DNA from: a virus
Lineage: Duplodnaviria > Caudoviricetes
Virus record (IMG/VR): IMGVR_UViG_3300034158_000041
Location: 1 to 59,999 of that record
Reading direction: 5' to 3' (one strand)
Length of the DNA stretch: 59,999 nucleotides
The stretch's first letter is position 1. Each line of letters begins with the position of its first letter. Shown piece after piece: positions 1-8,722 of this stretch. The translations under genes were made by a program, and so were the position numbers. The notes beneath the pieces are model-generated. The model did not search any database, was not told the DNA's origin, and saw nothing but the letters and a program-made list of their open reading frames with translations.

Positions 1-75
1 TTCCAACCGGGAACTAGATTCTTAATTGCCCTTCCTGGCTGGATAGCACTCTCCGGCCAATATGGATGATGGCAC
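1..75. repeat. Terminal direct repeat (identical to 59925-59999); circular or circularly permuted genome
   Basis: 75 bp ttccaaccgg...gatggcac identical at both window ends; a minus-strand ORF reads across the join. Confidence 0.95.
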
Positions 76-524
76 ATCACTTTGCCTTCATCGACGAAGT
101 ACCGTCTCTCCCTTGCGATTGGCAGGCCGTCAAATGCCTTGAATGGAGCGTATAGCGGCAAAAGCTCTCTGAATACAATTGCTTGCGGCCAAAGATCTCT
201 CATGAGGTGCCATTCGAATAGGCAAGCCAAATGGCCTAAAAGTTCTTTCTCGGAGGCCACACGACAAGAGTTCTCATAATCGTGTTTGGCGCTCCCTTGG
301 TCAGTCCTCATGAAAAGAGGGTAGCCGATCTTTGCCGCACTTTCCTTGATCTTATCAAAAAGCGCATCGGGGATCATTGTTTCGTCTAGCAATGCGACGA
401 TCTGCCATGCTTCGTCGGTGGTGATCTCCAATATCATCGTTCTTGGAACGGGCAGAACGTCTTTGATTTTTTGAAACCAGTTAAGCATGCTGGAATCTTG
501 TTGCATGTTGGTGATGGGCATCAT
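1..524 (-). CDS. ATP-grasp protein, R2K/Cdc123-like clade (N-terminal part; continues at 59924-59732; 238 aa; not in ORF track)
   Basis: Manual translation gives motifs GYPLFMRTDQGSAKH, RERRYFVDEGKV and YSVDFAQTEIGKWYMID; ATGA overlap with the upstream gene. Confidence 0.65.
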   Translation of the reverse strand, partial: MMPITNMQQDSSMLNWFQKIKDVLPVPRTMILEITTDEAWQIVALLDETMIPDALFDKIKESAAKIGYPLFMRTDQGSAKHDYENSCRVASEKELLGHLACLFEWHLMRDLWPQAIVFRELLPLYAPFKAFDGLPIARERRYFVDEGKVMCHHPYWPESAIQPGRAIKNLVPGW

Positions 525-853
525 TGGCATCCCTCCAGAACCACCACATCCGCCTCAAGCAGCTCCTTTCGATGCAAAGTCTCCTTAATGATCTCATCAC
601 AGGCCTTGATGCCTTCGGTGGCGCTGTCTAGTGCATCCTGGACAGATATCAGAGATTGCGGCTTCTCCTTGACAGGGCAGGCCAGGGCTCGGTTCCGCCT
701 GATGAATACCCGCCTGCCATATACCGGGATATTCTCAGCATGACCGGGAACCTGGTTGCATGTGCCTGGGCAGAGAGCCGGGATGGCATCGAGACCAATG
801 GCTAGGATCTCGGCTGCGATCTCTTCCTTTCCATAATGCTCTTTGGATTTCAT
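521..853 (-). CDS. Hypothetical protein (probable start MKSKEH)
   Basis: ATGA-coupled to neighbouring genes. Confidence 0.55.
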   Translation of the reverse strand: MKSKEHYGKEEIAAEILAIGLDAIPALCPGTCNQVPGHAENIPVYGRRVFIRRNRALACPVKEKPQSLISVQDALDSATEGIKACDEIIKETLHRKELLEADVVVLEGCQ

Positions 854-1191
854 TTGGTCAACTCCTTGAGGGCAGCCACATAGGCGGCGGTAATTGCTTC
901 TGCCTCGCTTTCCCCTGACCACGCCTGGTCTATTTCCTCATTATCCCAAATCGACGCGCCCGGTAAGAGGTCGCCGGTCTCGATGATAGAATCGTTGCCG
1001 TCTACCCCGACAGAATAGTACCACCCGCGTTCCTTAGTGGCCCGGCCAACCGCGCCTACAATGTGGTCTTGCACTTCAGGATCGCATAACCCCCTATCCG
1101 GCCCATCTCTTCTCATCATAAAGCCCATAATATCCCTCCAGAGAGGCCCGTCGAGGGGCTCCAGGAGAGCCAAATCCGATTTCAGACTCAT
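850..1191 (-). CDS. Hypothetical protein, phage ABA-sandwich-like C-terminus
   Basis: C-terminal GESEAEAITAAYVAAL; coupled ORF chain. Confidence 0.5.
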   Translation of the reverse strand: MSLKSDLALLEPLDGPLWRDIMGFMMRRDGPDRGLCDPEVQDHIVGAVGRATKERGWYYSVGVDGNDSIIETGDLLPGASIWDNEEIDQAWSGESEAEAITAAYVAALKELTK

Positions 1192-1502
1192 GCAACCTCA
1201 CATTCGAATATTTGCCCGATCTGATCACGGTAATATTGCAGCTTGTTGGCCGGCCATTGGCTCCGGATGGTGGTCCATAGTTGCCCCTTTCCTGACCCCG
1301 CTTGGAGCAAAAGTATCATGTATGCTCCGTGTGCGGGTAGGGCATAATGCTTGATTTCTCCGCCCTCTTCGTATGCAGTATCATATTCTAGGAAGAAGCC
1401 GCTTAACGTCAACAAATCAACTGGTATGACATCCAAGAGCATGGATAGCTCCGACCCTCGTGGCATCTTGAGATATCGATGGCTGAATTTAATCTTTCTC
1501 AT
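1188..1502 (-). CDS. Hypothetical protein (probable start MRKIKF)
   Basis: ORF with purine-rich upstream sequence; ATGA overlap. Confidence 0.55.
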   Translation of the reverse strand: MRKIKFSHRYLKMPRGSELSMLLDVIPVDLLTLSGFFLEYDTAYEEGGEIKHYALPAHGAYMILLLQAGSGKGQLWTTIRSQWPANKLQYYRDQIGQIFECEVA

Positions 1503-1584
1503 GTTTCTCTCCAGGCACAGAGCACCGGGTATCCCCACCGGGCGATCAGAAATAGCAGCAGTCCTATGCAGAAATAAATATAAT

Positions 1585-1851
1585 TCATGCTATTACCTCC
1601 AACTGCCGAATATCTGTCAACCGGGCCCCGCCCTCTCTAGGAAACAGGCAAGCATAGAACCTGATCCTGCTGCCTTCTGGTATCCCTTCGGGATACTCCG
1701 GGCCCGGGAAGTTCGCCCTCTCTCCATGAAGATAGGCATGGTCTCGTTTCATATCTCCGGTCAGGTCATGCAGCAGATAACAGCCGTGTTTGTCTTGCCC
1801 GGCATATGTGGCTGTGATGTGGAGGCCATCATTGATTTTTGGTTTCCTCAT
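1585..1851 (-). CDS. Hypothetical protein
   Basis: Coupled minus-strand ORF chain. Confidence 0.55.
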   Translation of the reverse strand: MRKPKINDGLHITATYAGQDKHGCYLLHDLTGDMKRDHAYLHGERANFPGPEYPEGIPEGSRIRFYACLFPREGGARLTDIRQLEVIA

Positions 1852-2153
1852 AGCAATCCCTCTTTCACAAGTTGCCCGCGCGCGCCCTTCCGGAATTCGT
1901 CTTTAAGTTTTTCCGCTCCGGTCACTTTCCATTGGGGGCCATAATTTCTTTCTGCTCGCTCTTCTATCAGGGCTTTCTCCAGATCTTCGATCCTGTCAAG
2001 GGCAGCATGCATGTGAGTCTTGCAAACTCTCTGCATTGCCGTAAAATCCGGCCACTTATTGGCGAAGGTTTGTGTTTGGCCTGGAACCGAAAAGAACCGC
2101 ATCGGATTTGCAAGACTTAAATCTTCTTTGGCTTTTTGCATATCGAATGTCAT
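1848..2153 (-). CDS. Hypothetical coiled-coil protein
   Basis: Coupled minus-strand ORF chain. Confidence 0.55.
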   Translation of the reverse strand: MTFDMQKAKEDLSLANPMRFFSVPGQTQTFANKWPDFTAMQRVCKTHMHAALDRIEDLEKALIEERAERNYGPQWKVTGAEKLKDEFRKGARGQLVKEGLL

Positions 2154-2342
2154 TCAGATCAGTCTCTCCAATAGAATTCTTTGCTCGTAAAGAGCGGTTT
2201 CATTTCTAAACTCGTATTCCCGATATCGGTTGTATTCATGTTCAGAAATTCTGCGTGTTGTGACCATGTTCTCAAAGAACATCGCGCCACATCGTTTGCA
2301 TTTCGCGGTGAGTAAGTTATGCACCAAGTCGTGCCCAAACAA
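2154..2342 (-). CDS. Small CxxC protein
   Basis: HDL...CKRCG. Confidence 0.45.
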   Translation of the reverse strand: MFGHDLVHNLLTAKCKRCGAMFFENMVTTRRISEHEYNRYREYEFRNETALYEQRILLERLI

Positions 2343-2354
2343 ACACCCAACATT

Positions 2355-2579
2355 CTAAATCCTCCTTTCAAATTCCGTCTCATTCGCCCGAAATTCCAGG
2401 CTCACATTCTGCTCTCCTGTCCCCTGCATGCTGACATTACCCGGGCCCTCCAGAACCATGGACCCATTGCCAGAGACATTGGTGCTGATATCAAGCCGGG
2501 CTTCTGTCAGGATGGTGAGCATTCCCACCAGCATGCAAAGCATGGCCAGGCAGACCAGGGCGAAGACTGCTCTCATCAT
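2355..2579 (-). CDS. Small membrane-anchored or secreted protein rich in N-glycosylation sequons
   Basis: N-terminal hydrophobic helix, then NVS, NGS, NVS, NVS, NET. Confidence 0.6.
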   Translation of the reverse strand: MMRAVFALVCLAMLCMLVGMLTILTEARLDISTNVSGNGSMVLEGPGNVSMQGTGEQNVSLEFRANETEFERRI

Positions 2580-2875
2580 CGGTTCTCCAGTATATAGATC
2601 ATAAGATCCATGAATGCTTTCTCCGGCGATGGCTTTGCGCGAATGGTGGGATCTGGATCCGGTTGGCTGAAATCTATGTCGGGCTGGATGAATACCTCAC
2701 CGAGATCCTGAACTCCAATTACCGTTCTCATCTTTTCTATCAGAGCCCGGGCGCGATCGTATTGCATTCCGGTTTGATAGATAATGAATTCTTCAATATC
2801 GCGCTCCAGTTCGGGTGTCATGATGAGCGGATATCTCCCTAGATTTCTAATTGGTGGTGTTTCAAGTTTCCTCAT
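2576..2875 (-). CDS. Hypothetical protein
   Basis: ATGA-coupled ORF. Confidence 0.55.
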   Translation of the reverse strand: MRKLETPPIRNLGRYPLIMTPELERDIEEFIIYQTGMQYDRARALIEKMRTVIGVQDLGEVFIQPDIDFSQPDPDPTIRAKPSPEKAFMDLMIYILENR

Positions 2876-3069
2876 GCTCTTATCCTCATGGTGTGGATAG
2901 TGTCCTTGCCCCGGTATATGATCTCACATCCTTTCAACTCTGGAAAGGACACCTGCAGCTTCTGTATGGCCTCTTCGGGGTCTTTGCCGCATTCCCAGGA
3001 AGCCCGATCATTGGCAATGGTTGCCATCCAGTCGTTGGCCCGGTGGTATAGATCGATTTCTTTCCTCAT
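2872..3069 (-). CDS. Small protein with HicB-like N-terminal motif
   Basis: ECGKDPEEAIQKL; SD GGAGAGG. Confidence 0.4.
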   Translation of the reverse strand: MRKEIDLYHRANDWMATIANDRASWECGKDPEEAIQKLQVSFPELKGCEIIYRGKDTIHTMRIRA

Positions 3070-3363
3070 GACATCCTCTCCTTAATGCTGATCCTTTCCA
3101 CTCTTAGCTTCTCGTGAATCTTGCCCTGCAGTTTCCCCGCCCAAATAAGCTGTCCTCCGCCCATGGTATCGGACCATTCTGCCAGGTCGTGTGCGAGTGC
3201 TCGCAGGTGGGCGGGATTCATGCAATCTGCTCCTTTAGATCGCATTTCTTTTCAGTATCTATCGAACAAATGCAGTATCCCTTTGTTACTTTCGGATTGC
3301 TGCAATAGTTGTGTGGACGGGTTTCATTGCCATCCACATGCCAAACACATGTTTTTATTGCCA

Positions 3364-3552
3364 TTAGCATCCCAACCTCTTGCAAACTTCCAATATCTCC
3401 TTGCCCACATCTGCCCCCCGGCACTCCTGGATGAGCAGGCCTTCCAGGGTTGCGCGCAACGCTTGCGCGCCCGTTGCTGGCAGGCTTCTTTCAGCCTTCA
3501 GAAAGTCTTGTGGCATCATGACATCGTATGGAGATGCGTAAGTGACCTGCAT
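3364..3552 (-). CDS. Hypothetical protein
   Basis: GAGGTGG SD upstream. Confidence 0.45.
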   Translation of the reverse strand: MQVTYASPYDVMMPQDFLKAERSLPATGAQALRATLEGLLIQECRGADVGKEILEVCKRLGC

Positions 3553-3622
3553 TCAGGCCACCTCTTCGTCTTGATCTTCTTTCTTGAAGTCCTGCCAGAA
3601 TTCGTCGTATTTTCCTATCATC

Positions 3623-3940
3623 TCAGGCCGCCTTCAGCTCTAAGCAATTGAAGCATATTATCTTGGTTCCACAATCCTCGCAGATTATCATATCATATTT
3701 CTCGCGATCTGCCTGATTGTCTGGGTCCAAGAGAGCCTTTCCGCATTCATCGCAGTTGAGGCCAACGATCTCTTTCAGGTCTTCTTCTGTCAAGGATTCC
3801 CTGGCTTCAATATCCTCTTTGGTCTCGCAGAATTGGCAGTCGGTTTTCTGGCGCTCTGGGAACATGCCTATGCAGCTTTCGCAGCTTCCGAGGTCGCAAA
3901 GCGTTGTATTGTTTCCTTCGATTTCATGTATGCATCTCAT
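3623..3940 (-). CDS. Cys-rich multi-CxxC zinc-finger protein
   Basis: CESC, CQFC, CDEC, CEDC, CFNC; SD AGGAGA. Confidence 0.6.
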   Translation of the reverse strand: MRCIHEIEGNNTTLCDLGSCESCIGMFPERQKTDCQFCETKEDIEARESLTEEDLKEIVGLNCDECGKALLDPDNQADREKYDMIICEDCGTKIICFNCLELKAA

Positions 3941-3984
3941 TTTCTGTCATCTCCTTTTCTTGTACTCTCCTATGTGTCACTATG

Positions 3985-4035
3985 CCTATTTATAAGTTTC
4001 GATACAAAATTTATAACCGAAATCTATTAATACCT
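3985..4035. promoter_or_regulatory. Divergent archaeal promoters (BRE-TATA ACCGAAATC-TATTAATA on +; TTATAAAT elements on -)
   Basis: AT-rich strand-switch region; + TATA about 24 nt before ATG 4056. Confidence 0.65.
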
Positions 4036-4055
4036 ATAAAGATAACATAAGGAGC

Positions 4056-4205
4056 ATGAAGATTAAGAAGACTTCAAAGGGCTATGAACTCGATGCCTTG
4101 ATCACCACCAATGGAACAATCACCATCCCAGTTAATCTTCGGGAATTGGTAGGCAAAGGACTCGGAGACACGATACACGTAATAGTGCCGGAGAAACAAG
4201 CATGA
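4056..4205 (+). CDS. AbrB/MazE-type DNA-binding microprotein (49 aa, not in track)
   Basis: ITTNGTITIPVNLRELVGKGLGDTI; AGGAG SD. Confidence 0.7.
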   Translation: MKIKKTSKGYELDALITTNGTITIPVNLRELVGKGLGDTIHVIVPEKQA

Positions 4206-4408
4206 ATTCGATTCCAATATTAACCAAGGGCTCAGATGTGATAATTCGTCTGTATTGCGATATGAATATGCCCATAATAGGAAAGGTGTTCTGTCAGTCA
4301 TTGGACGGTGTCATGGTCGAAACCGAGTATTATATGTGGTCGGTATCGATTAACGATATTGCCACAATCGGACAGTCGAAGGCCACGCCTCTGGAGAGCA
4401 AGCAATGA
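4202..4408 (+). CDS. Small beta-rich hypothetical protein
   Basis: ATGA-coupled to the AbrB gene. Confidence 0.5.
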   Translation: MNSIPILTKGSDVIIRLYCDMNMPIIGKVFCQSLDGVMVETEYYMWSVSINDIATIGQSKATPLESKQ

Positions 4409-4761
4409 CCCTGATTGAGCAGGCTTCTGATTTGAAGAAGCTGGAGCAGAAAGCCGCCCCTGGTGAATGCATCGCAATCGAAGATGACGACAGATCCGGC
4501 GATTTCATTTTCATCCAGAACCGGGAACATTGGGCCTGGAACGATGGATCTAATTCACCCGACGCAAAATATCTCGCTGCCTTGCGGAATGCTGCTCCGG
4601 ATCTCCTCAAGGTCGCGGGGATGTTCCAGCCAGAAGATAGCCGCATGATCGGCGAAGTGATCAATGCGATTGATTCCTATTTCGGAGGATACTATAAGCC
4701 GCACAAGGCTGCCTTGCGTCGCCTGCAGGAAGCGGCCCAGACAATGGAGGCAAAGAGATGA
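4405..4761 (+). CDS. Ead/Ea22-like phage protein
   Basis: DAKYLAALRNAAPDLL motif. Confidence 0.55.
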   Translation: MTLIEQASDLKKLEQKAAPGECIAIEDDDRSGDFIFIQNREHWAWNDGSNSPDAKYLAALRNAAPDLLKVAGMFQPEDSRMIGEVINAIDSYFGGYYKPHKAALRRLQEAAQTMEAKR

Positions 4762-4889
4762 AGTTATGTAAAAAATGCGACTTACAAAAACCGGAAAGCG
4801 CGTTTTTCAAAAAGAAAACCGGTCTGCGTCCATATTGCAATGAAGAGGCTTGCGAAGCCCTGGATAAAATCAAGGAAGGAAAGGTATAA
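4758..4889 (+). CDS. Zinc-finger microprotein (not in track)
   Basis: MKLCKKCDLQKPESAFF...YCNEEAC. Confidence 0.5.
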   Translation: MKLCKKCDLQKPESAFFKKKTGLRPYCNEEACEALDKIKEGKV

Positions 4890-4916
4890 ATAGTAATAAA
4901 GCTACTATCTTTATTA
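4885..4916 (+). promoter_or_regulatory. TATA box (TATAAATA) plus inverted-repeat operator TAATAAAG-N7-CTTTATTA
   Basis: Perfect 8-bp inverted repeat between the TATA box and ATG 4916. Confidence 0.6.
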
Positions 4917-5062
4917 TGGGAAAGTATTTCCAGTATAACAGATCAGCCAGCATTGGAAAAGAGCTGGATGAATGGCTGGATGCGAATCCAGATGAGAGCT
5001 TTTCGGAGATTGCCCGGGAAGCGCTGACCAGAAGAAAGGAAGAGAAGGAAAGGAAGGGATAG
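4916..5062 (+). CDS. Ribbon-helix-helix regulator (48 aa, not in track)
   Basis: RSASIGKELDEWL...SFSEIAREAL. Confidence 0.65.
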   Translation: MGKYFQYNRSASIGKELDEWLDANPDESFSEIAREALTRRKEEKERKG

Positions 5063-5066
5063 AAAG

Positions 5067-5480
5067 ATGGATCTTGAAATGCAAATCAACGCCGTCCGAG
5101 ATCGACGCCTAATCGTGGCCGATCAGAAGGCAGCAATAGACGCCCGGCAAGCCGTGTTTGATAAGGAAAATGAATTGCTTCTTTCGTGTTATCAACAAGA
5201 AAAGGTAGATCTTGCCACGGATGAGAACAAACTACGGGAACTGACATTGGCAGCCTACGCCCTAACAGGCAATAAGAAGCCTGCGCCAGGCATCGGAATC
5301 CGTATCATGAAAGAACTTGATTATGAAGAGGATCAAGCTATCGAGTGGGCGGTGGAATCCGGTGCTGGCAATTGCTTGAAGCTTGATAAGAAGAACTTCG
5401 AGAAGGCAGCCGAGGCACTGGCATTGGATTTTGTGACTATCAATAATGTCGCCCAGGCGACTATTGCAAAGGAGTTATAA
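5067..5480 (+). CDS. Siphovirus Gp157/Gam-like coiled-coil protein
   Basis: Coiled coil, then GIGIR...AIEWA...KLDKK. Confidence 0.45.
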   Translation: MDLEMQINAVRDRRLIVADQKAAIDARQAVFDKENELLLSCYQQEKVDLATDENKLRELTLAAYALTGNKKPAPGIGIRIMKELDYEEDQAIEWAVESGAGNCLKLDKKNFEKAAEALALDFVTINNVAQATIAKEL

Positions 5481-5482
5481 AA

Positions 5483-6334
5483 ATGTCTGGAAAAGAAATC
5501 ACCAAAGACGACCTCAAGCAGGCCGTCACCAAATACGCATCACAGAACGATTTGACCGTATCAGAGTCCGAGAATGGCTTCTGCCTCATGCCTGGAGATG
5601 TCATGGTGAGCTTGGAGAAGGGCAAGCCGAAATGTGCCAGCCAGAGCATCAAAGAGGGCATCTATGAAATCATCCTGGATATGATCGAGGAGGCTCCCAA
5701 GGGATCAAATTTGGCCGTTAGATCATCTGGCCGCATAACTAGCCGATCGCAGGCCGGAAGTGTGCCAGGAAGCGCCCTAAGCGAGGTCAGAGCCTGCCAG
5801 GCAACGGAGAAACCATCATATTCGACTGGCGGAGGCAAGAGAGCCGCAAGCGCCAAGACCAATATAGCCGCACTTATCCAGGCAGGCGGATCCCTGGAGA
5901 TCCTCGCAATGACCCACAACAAGGACTATATTGAATACCATGTCCGGGCCGTTATGGGCAGCCAGCACGTGGATAGCTCAATGGCCGTCGATAGGATGCA
6001 GTACCTTGCAAAGAAAGCATGGGATTGGATACCTAAATATGCCATTGAGGATCCCACTCTGGTAATTGGCACAGATGAAAACCTTCTTCCTACATTCCGC
6101 GAGGGCGCGGTCATTAAGACCAGAGTCCGAGACGGTGAAAATAGCCTTGTGGTCCCTCTTCCGGCGCCTATAGCAATGTTCAAGGAACTTGCCAGGGAAT
6201 GGCAGAGTGCTGGCAGGGTCTGCGAGACGAAAGCATACAACAGGGCGGCTGATATGATTCTAAGGCAGGACTTCCAGAGTCGGGAAGAGTTGGCAGAAGA
6301 GCAGAGCGAGGTCGATGCAATCAGAGGGGCTTAG
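5483..6334 (+). CDS. Hypothetical protein, possibly ssDNA annealing or recombination
   Basis: RVCETKAYNRA near the C-terminus recalls Rad52/Sak-type helices; lies in recombination context. Confidence 0.35.
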   Translation: MSGKEITKDDLKQAVTKYASQNDLTVSESENGFCLMPGDVMVSLEKGKPKCASQSIKEGIYEIILDMIEEAPKGSNLAVRSSGRITSRSQAGSVPGSALSEVRACQATEKPSYSTGGGKRAASAKTNIAALIQAGGSLEILAMTHNKDYIEYHVRAVMGSQHVDSSMAVDRMQYLAKKAWDWIPKYAIEDPTLVIGTDENLLPTFREGAVIKTRVRDGENSLVVPLPAPIAMFKELAREWQSAGRVCETKAYNRAADMILRQDFQSREELAEEQSEVDAIRGA

Positions 6335-6364
6335 TTATCGCCCCCTTTTAGGAGAGAAGAAGAC

Positions 6365-7474
6365 ATGATAGAAAAAGGAATTGGATTGTTGAAGGCGCTT
6401 GCAGAGACCTTTTCGCCTGATGTAGACGAAGATCAAGTTGTGTCTGGTGGGGTTGTCAGAAATAAAATCGAGTTCATAATAGACGAACTGGAAGGACGGC
6501 CGAAGACTTTTGAGATCGGGCAGAAGGTCAGGATCATAGGCCCCCATATCCCCGGTTATATACCCGTCGGAGGTGTGTCGGAATTTGTGATTTCCCAGAA
6601 AAATAACGCAGAGGACGAAGGCCCGACATATCGAGCCGCCGGGTTGCCGAGATATCCTGCCAGTTCCCTGGAGTTGGTCGATGATCTCAAGATCGGGGAT
6701 CTGGTTGAGATAGTCGGTCCCGCCGAGTATGGGGCAAAAGATCAAATCGGAAGGCACTTCAAGATAAGCGATATTCCAGATGGCAATAGATATCGGGGAT
6801 GGTTCTCGGCGAATGATACATCATATTGCTATCCTGCCAGCAGCCTCCGGAAGATCGACCCCCGCGAAAAAGAAACCATCGGCTACAAAACACAAGAATG
6901 TGTTGATGGCATCGAGAAAGGTATGCAGGCCATCCGAGATCTCCTGAAGCCGTTGGTGGATGATAGACTGTCAGGCATCGAGAAGCAATTGGCCGATCTG
7001 AAAGAAGCCTTCCAGGAGAATGAGCGCCAGGACATGCTCTCCATGAAGTACCGATCCGAGGGCATGGCAGACCATAGAGGAAGGATTCAGAAGCTAGAAG
7101 CCAAGGCAGAACAGCATGACGAAGAGATCAAAGGCATCTATGACATTCTAGCGATTCATGAAGAAGTTCATGAAGAGCAGGATACCTATCGCCAGACCTT
7201 CGCGGGCTCCTGCCAGGAGATGACAGAGAAAATGTTGGCCATAAAGAGAGATCTGGAGTCCAAGATCCTGGATGAGCAGAAGATCCAGGTGGGCGATTGG
7301 GTCCAGGTCATGGGAAGCCAGGTTCATGTCTTCCGGGTATCCAGTATATTGCCGCACGCCAGGCACGGATACTTATATTCAGGAGACACCGAATCGGGCT
7401 GGCATATGGGAGGGAACTTGCAGAAGCTTCCCGAGGTCGAAATCTCGGCCCGGCTGAATGGGGGACAACCATGA
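6365..7474 (+). CDS. Protein with three SH3/KOW-like repeats and a coiled coil
   Basis: FEIGQKVRIIGP..YPASSL, LKIGDLVEIVGP..YPASSL, IQVGDWVQVMG. Confidence 0.55.
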   Translation: MIEKGIGLLKALAETFSPDVDEDQVVSGGVVRNKIEFIIDELEGRPKTFEIGQKVRIIGPHIPGYIPVGGVSEFVISQKNNAEDEGPTYRAAGLPRYPASSLELVDDLKIGDLVEIVGPAEYGAKDQIGRHFKISDIPDGNRYRGWFSANDTSYCYPASSLRKIDPREKETIGYKTQECVDGIEKGMQAIRDLLKPLVDDRLSGIEKQLADLKEAFQENERQDMLSMKYRSEGMADHRGRIQKLEAKAEQHDEEIKGIYDILAIHEEVHEEQDTYRQTFAGSCQEMTEKMLAIKRDLESKILDEQKIQVGDWVQVMGSQVHVFRVSSILPHARHGYLYSGDTESGWHMGGNLQKLPEVEISARLNGGQP

Positions 7475-7759
7475 ATGATTGGATTGCCGTTGCCATATTT
7501 ATAGCAATTGAGACTGGTGTAATTATGTTGTGGCGGATAGGAAATGTATTGGAGAGACGGGCATGACCGAAGCTAATGCGTGCGACGATTGGGGCAACCC
7601 AATCATATTGTCAGTAAGCGATCATTGCGGGTCCGATACTGTTAGCCTTCCGCCATGCAAGCAACGGGAATACAAGTGCAATCAGCGAAAGCAGATATTC
7701 ACCGGGGATCAGGTTGAGCTGGAATGTAGGCTTTGTGTATGTGACTGCAAGGGGCAAGC

Positions 7760-7942
7760 ATGATGCCGGGATTCCGATCCCAGCTTGCCCACCATATAGC
7801 TTTCTTAATCGGAGGAGATGACTACAAAAGAGCAATCTATGGAATCGCTGCATTGGCCGAGATGAAGCGGAATGAACTCGAAGAGGCCGGCCAGGATATA
7901 GATGAAGAGGTCGCGAAACAGATAGCTGGATGGAAGACATGA
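7760..7942 (+). CDS. Hypothetical protein
   Basis: ATGA-coupled ORF. Confidence 0.45.
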   Translation: MMPGFRSQLAHHIAFLIGGDDYKRAIYGIAALAEMKRNELEEAGQDIDEEVAKQIAGWKT

Positions 7943-8721
7943 ATCAGAAAATCCAAGTCCTGATGCATACAAATGAAAAAGGATCCGGCCGAGATACCGC
8001 CCTGGCTAGAGCCATCATGGATGACCCCAGGTTCAGCCTGCCAGAGTTTGTGTCCGATATCAATGTGGATGTGCAATTCAGATATGGCGGCCATAAATGG
8101 ATTCCTGAATTGGTCGGGAAACTCGGAAGAAAGGATTATGACGATGCGGTATTCTTCAACTGCGAGCTGAAAGAAGCGCCTGATTATGTCAGCACCGTTC
8201 TAGGGCCAAATGGGCATGGTGCCATGCAATACCTCGATATGGCCGAGGCAGGGCAAAGATGCATGTTTCTGGTGCTGGGATCAGATGCCGATGTCAGCAA
8301 TGCCATCATGGATAGCCTCAAGACCCGCTATAGAGGCTCAGAGCTAGGATATCAGATTGCCAGCTATGAGAAGAGGTTGATAGACTTTGAGGCACAATGC
8401 GAGGCTCTGGGGTGCCCTGTACGAAGGTGGAAGGCCATGCCATATAGTAGGTTGCTATCCACAACACACAAGATCTTGACCGGCGCCTCTCTGGCTGGAT
8501 ATGGCCCGAGGCCGAAGGCCAATGAGAGAGAGGTCTTTGCGGCCAACTGCCTATTCAGAGGCATTGGAGAGAAGACCCTGGCAGAAGTCCTGAAGGAGTA
8601 CCGGCTTGCCCTGGTCCCAAGAGGCCAATATGCCAGGCCAGTTGAGGAGATCAAGGGCGTGGGTGAGAAGAGGGCGAAGGATTTGAATAGCAGGATTGTA
8701 ATGTTTTATGGAGCGATCTGA
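7939..8721 (+). CDS. ERCC4/XPF-like structure-specific nuclease with tandem HhH motifs
   Basis: DVQF...CELKEAPD (ERKxxxD-like); GIGEKT and KGVGEKRA HhH motifs. Confidence 0.65.
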   Translation: MNQKIQVLMHTNEKGSGRDTALARAIMDDPRFSLPEFVSDINVDVQFRYGGHKWIPELVGKLGRKDYDDAVFFNCELKEAPDYVSTVLGPNGHGAMQYLDMAEAGQRCMFLVLGSDADVSNAIMDSLKTRYRGSELGYQIASYEKRLIDFEAQCEALGCPVRRWKAMPYSRLLSTTHKILTGASLAGYGPRPKANEREVFAANCLFRGIGEKTLAEVLKEYRLALVPRGQYARPVEEIKGVGEKRAKDLNSRIVMFYGAI

Positions 8722-8722
8722 A

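Noticed and set aside
1-75. Biological terminal repeat of the virion DNA
   Set aside because: Falls mid-gene and is k-mer sized, so more likely an assembler overlap of a circularly permuted genome
2872-3069. HicAB toxin-antitoxin pair
   Set aside because: Only a weak HicB-like motif; no HicA-like neighbour recognised
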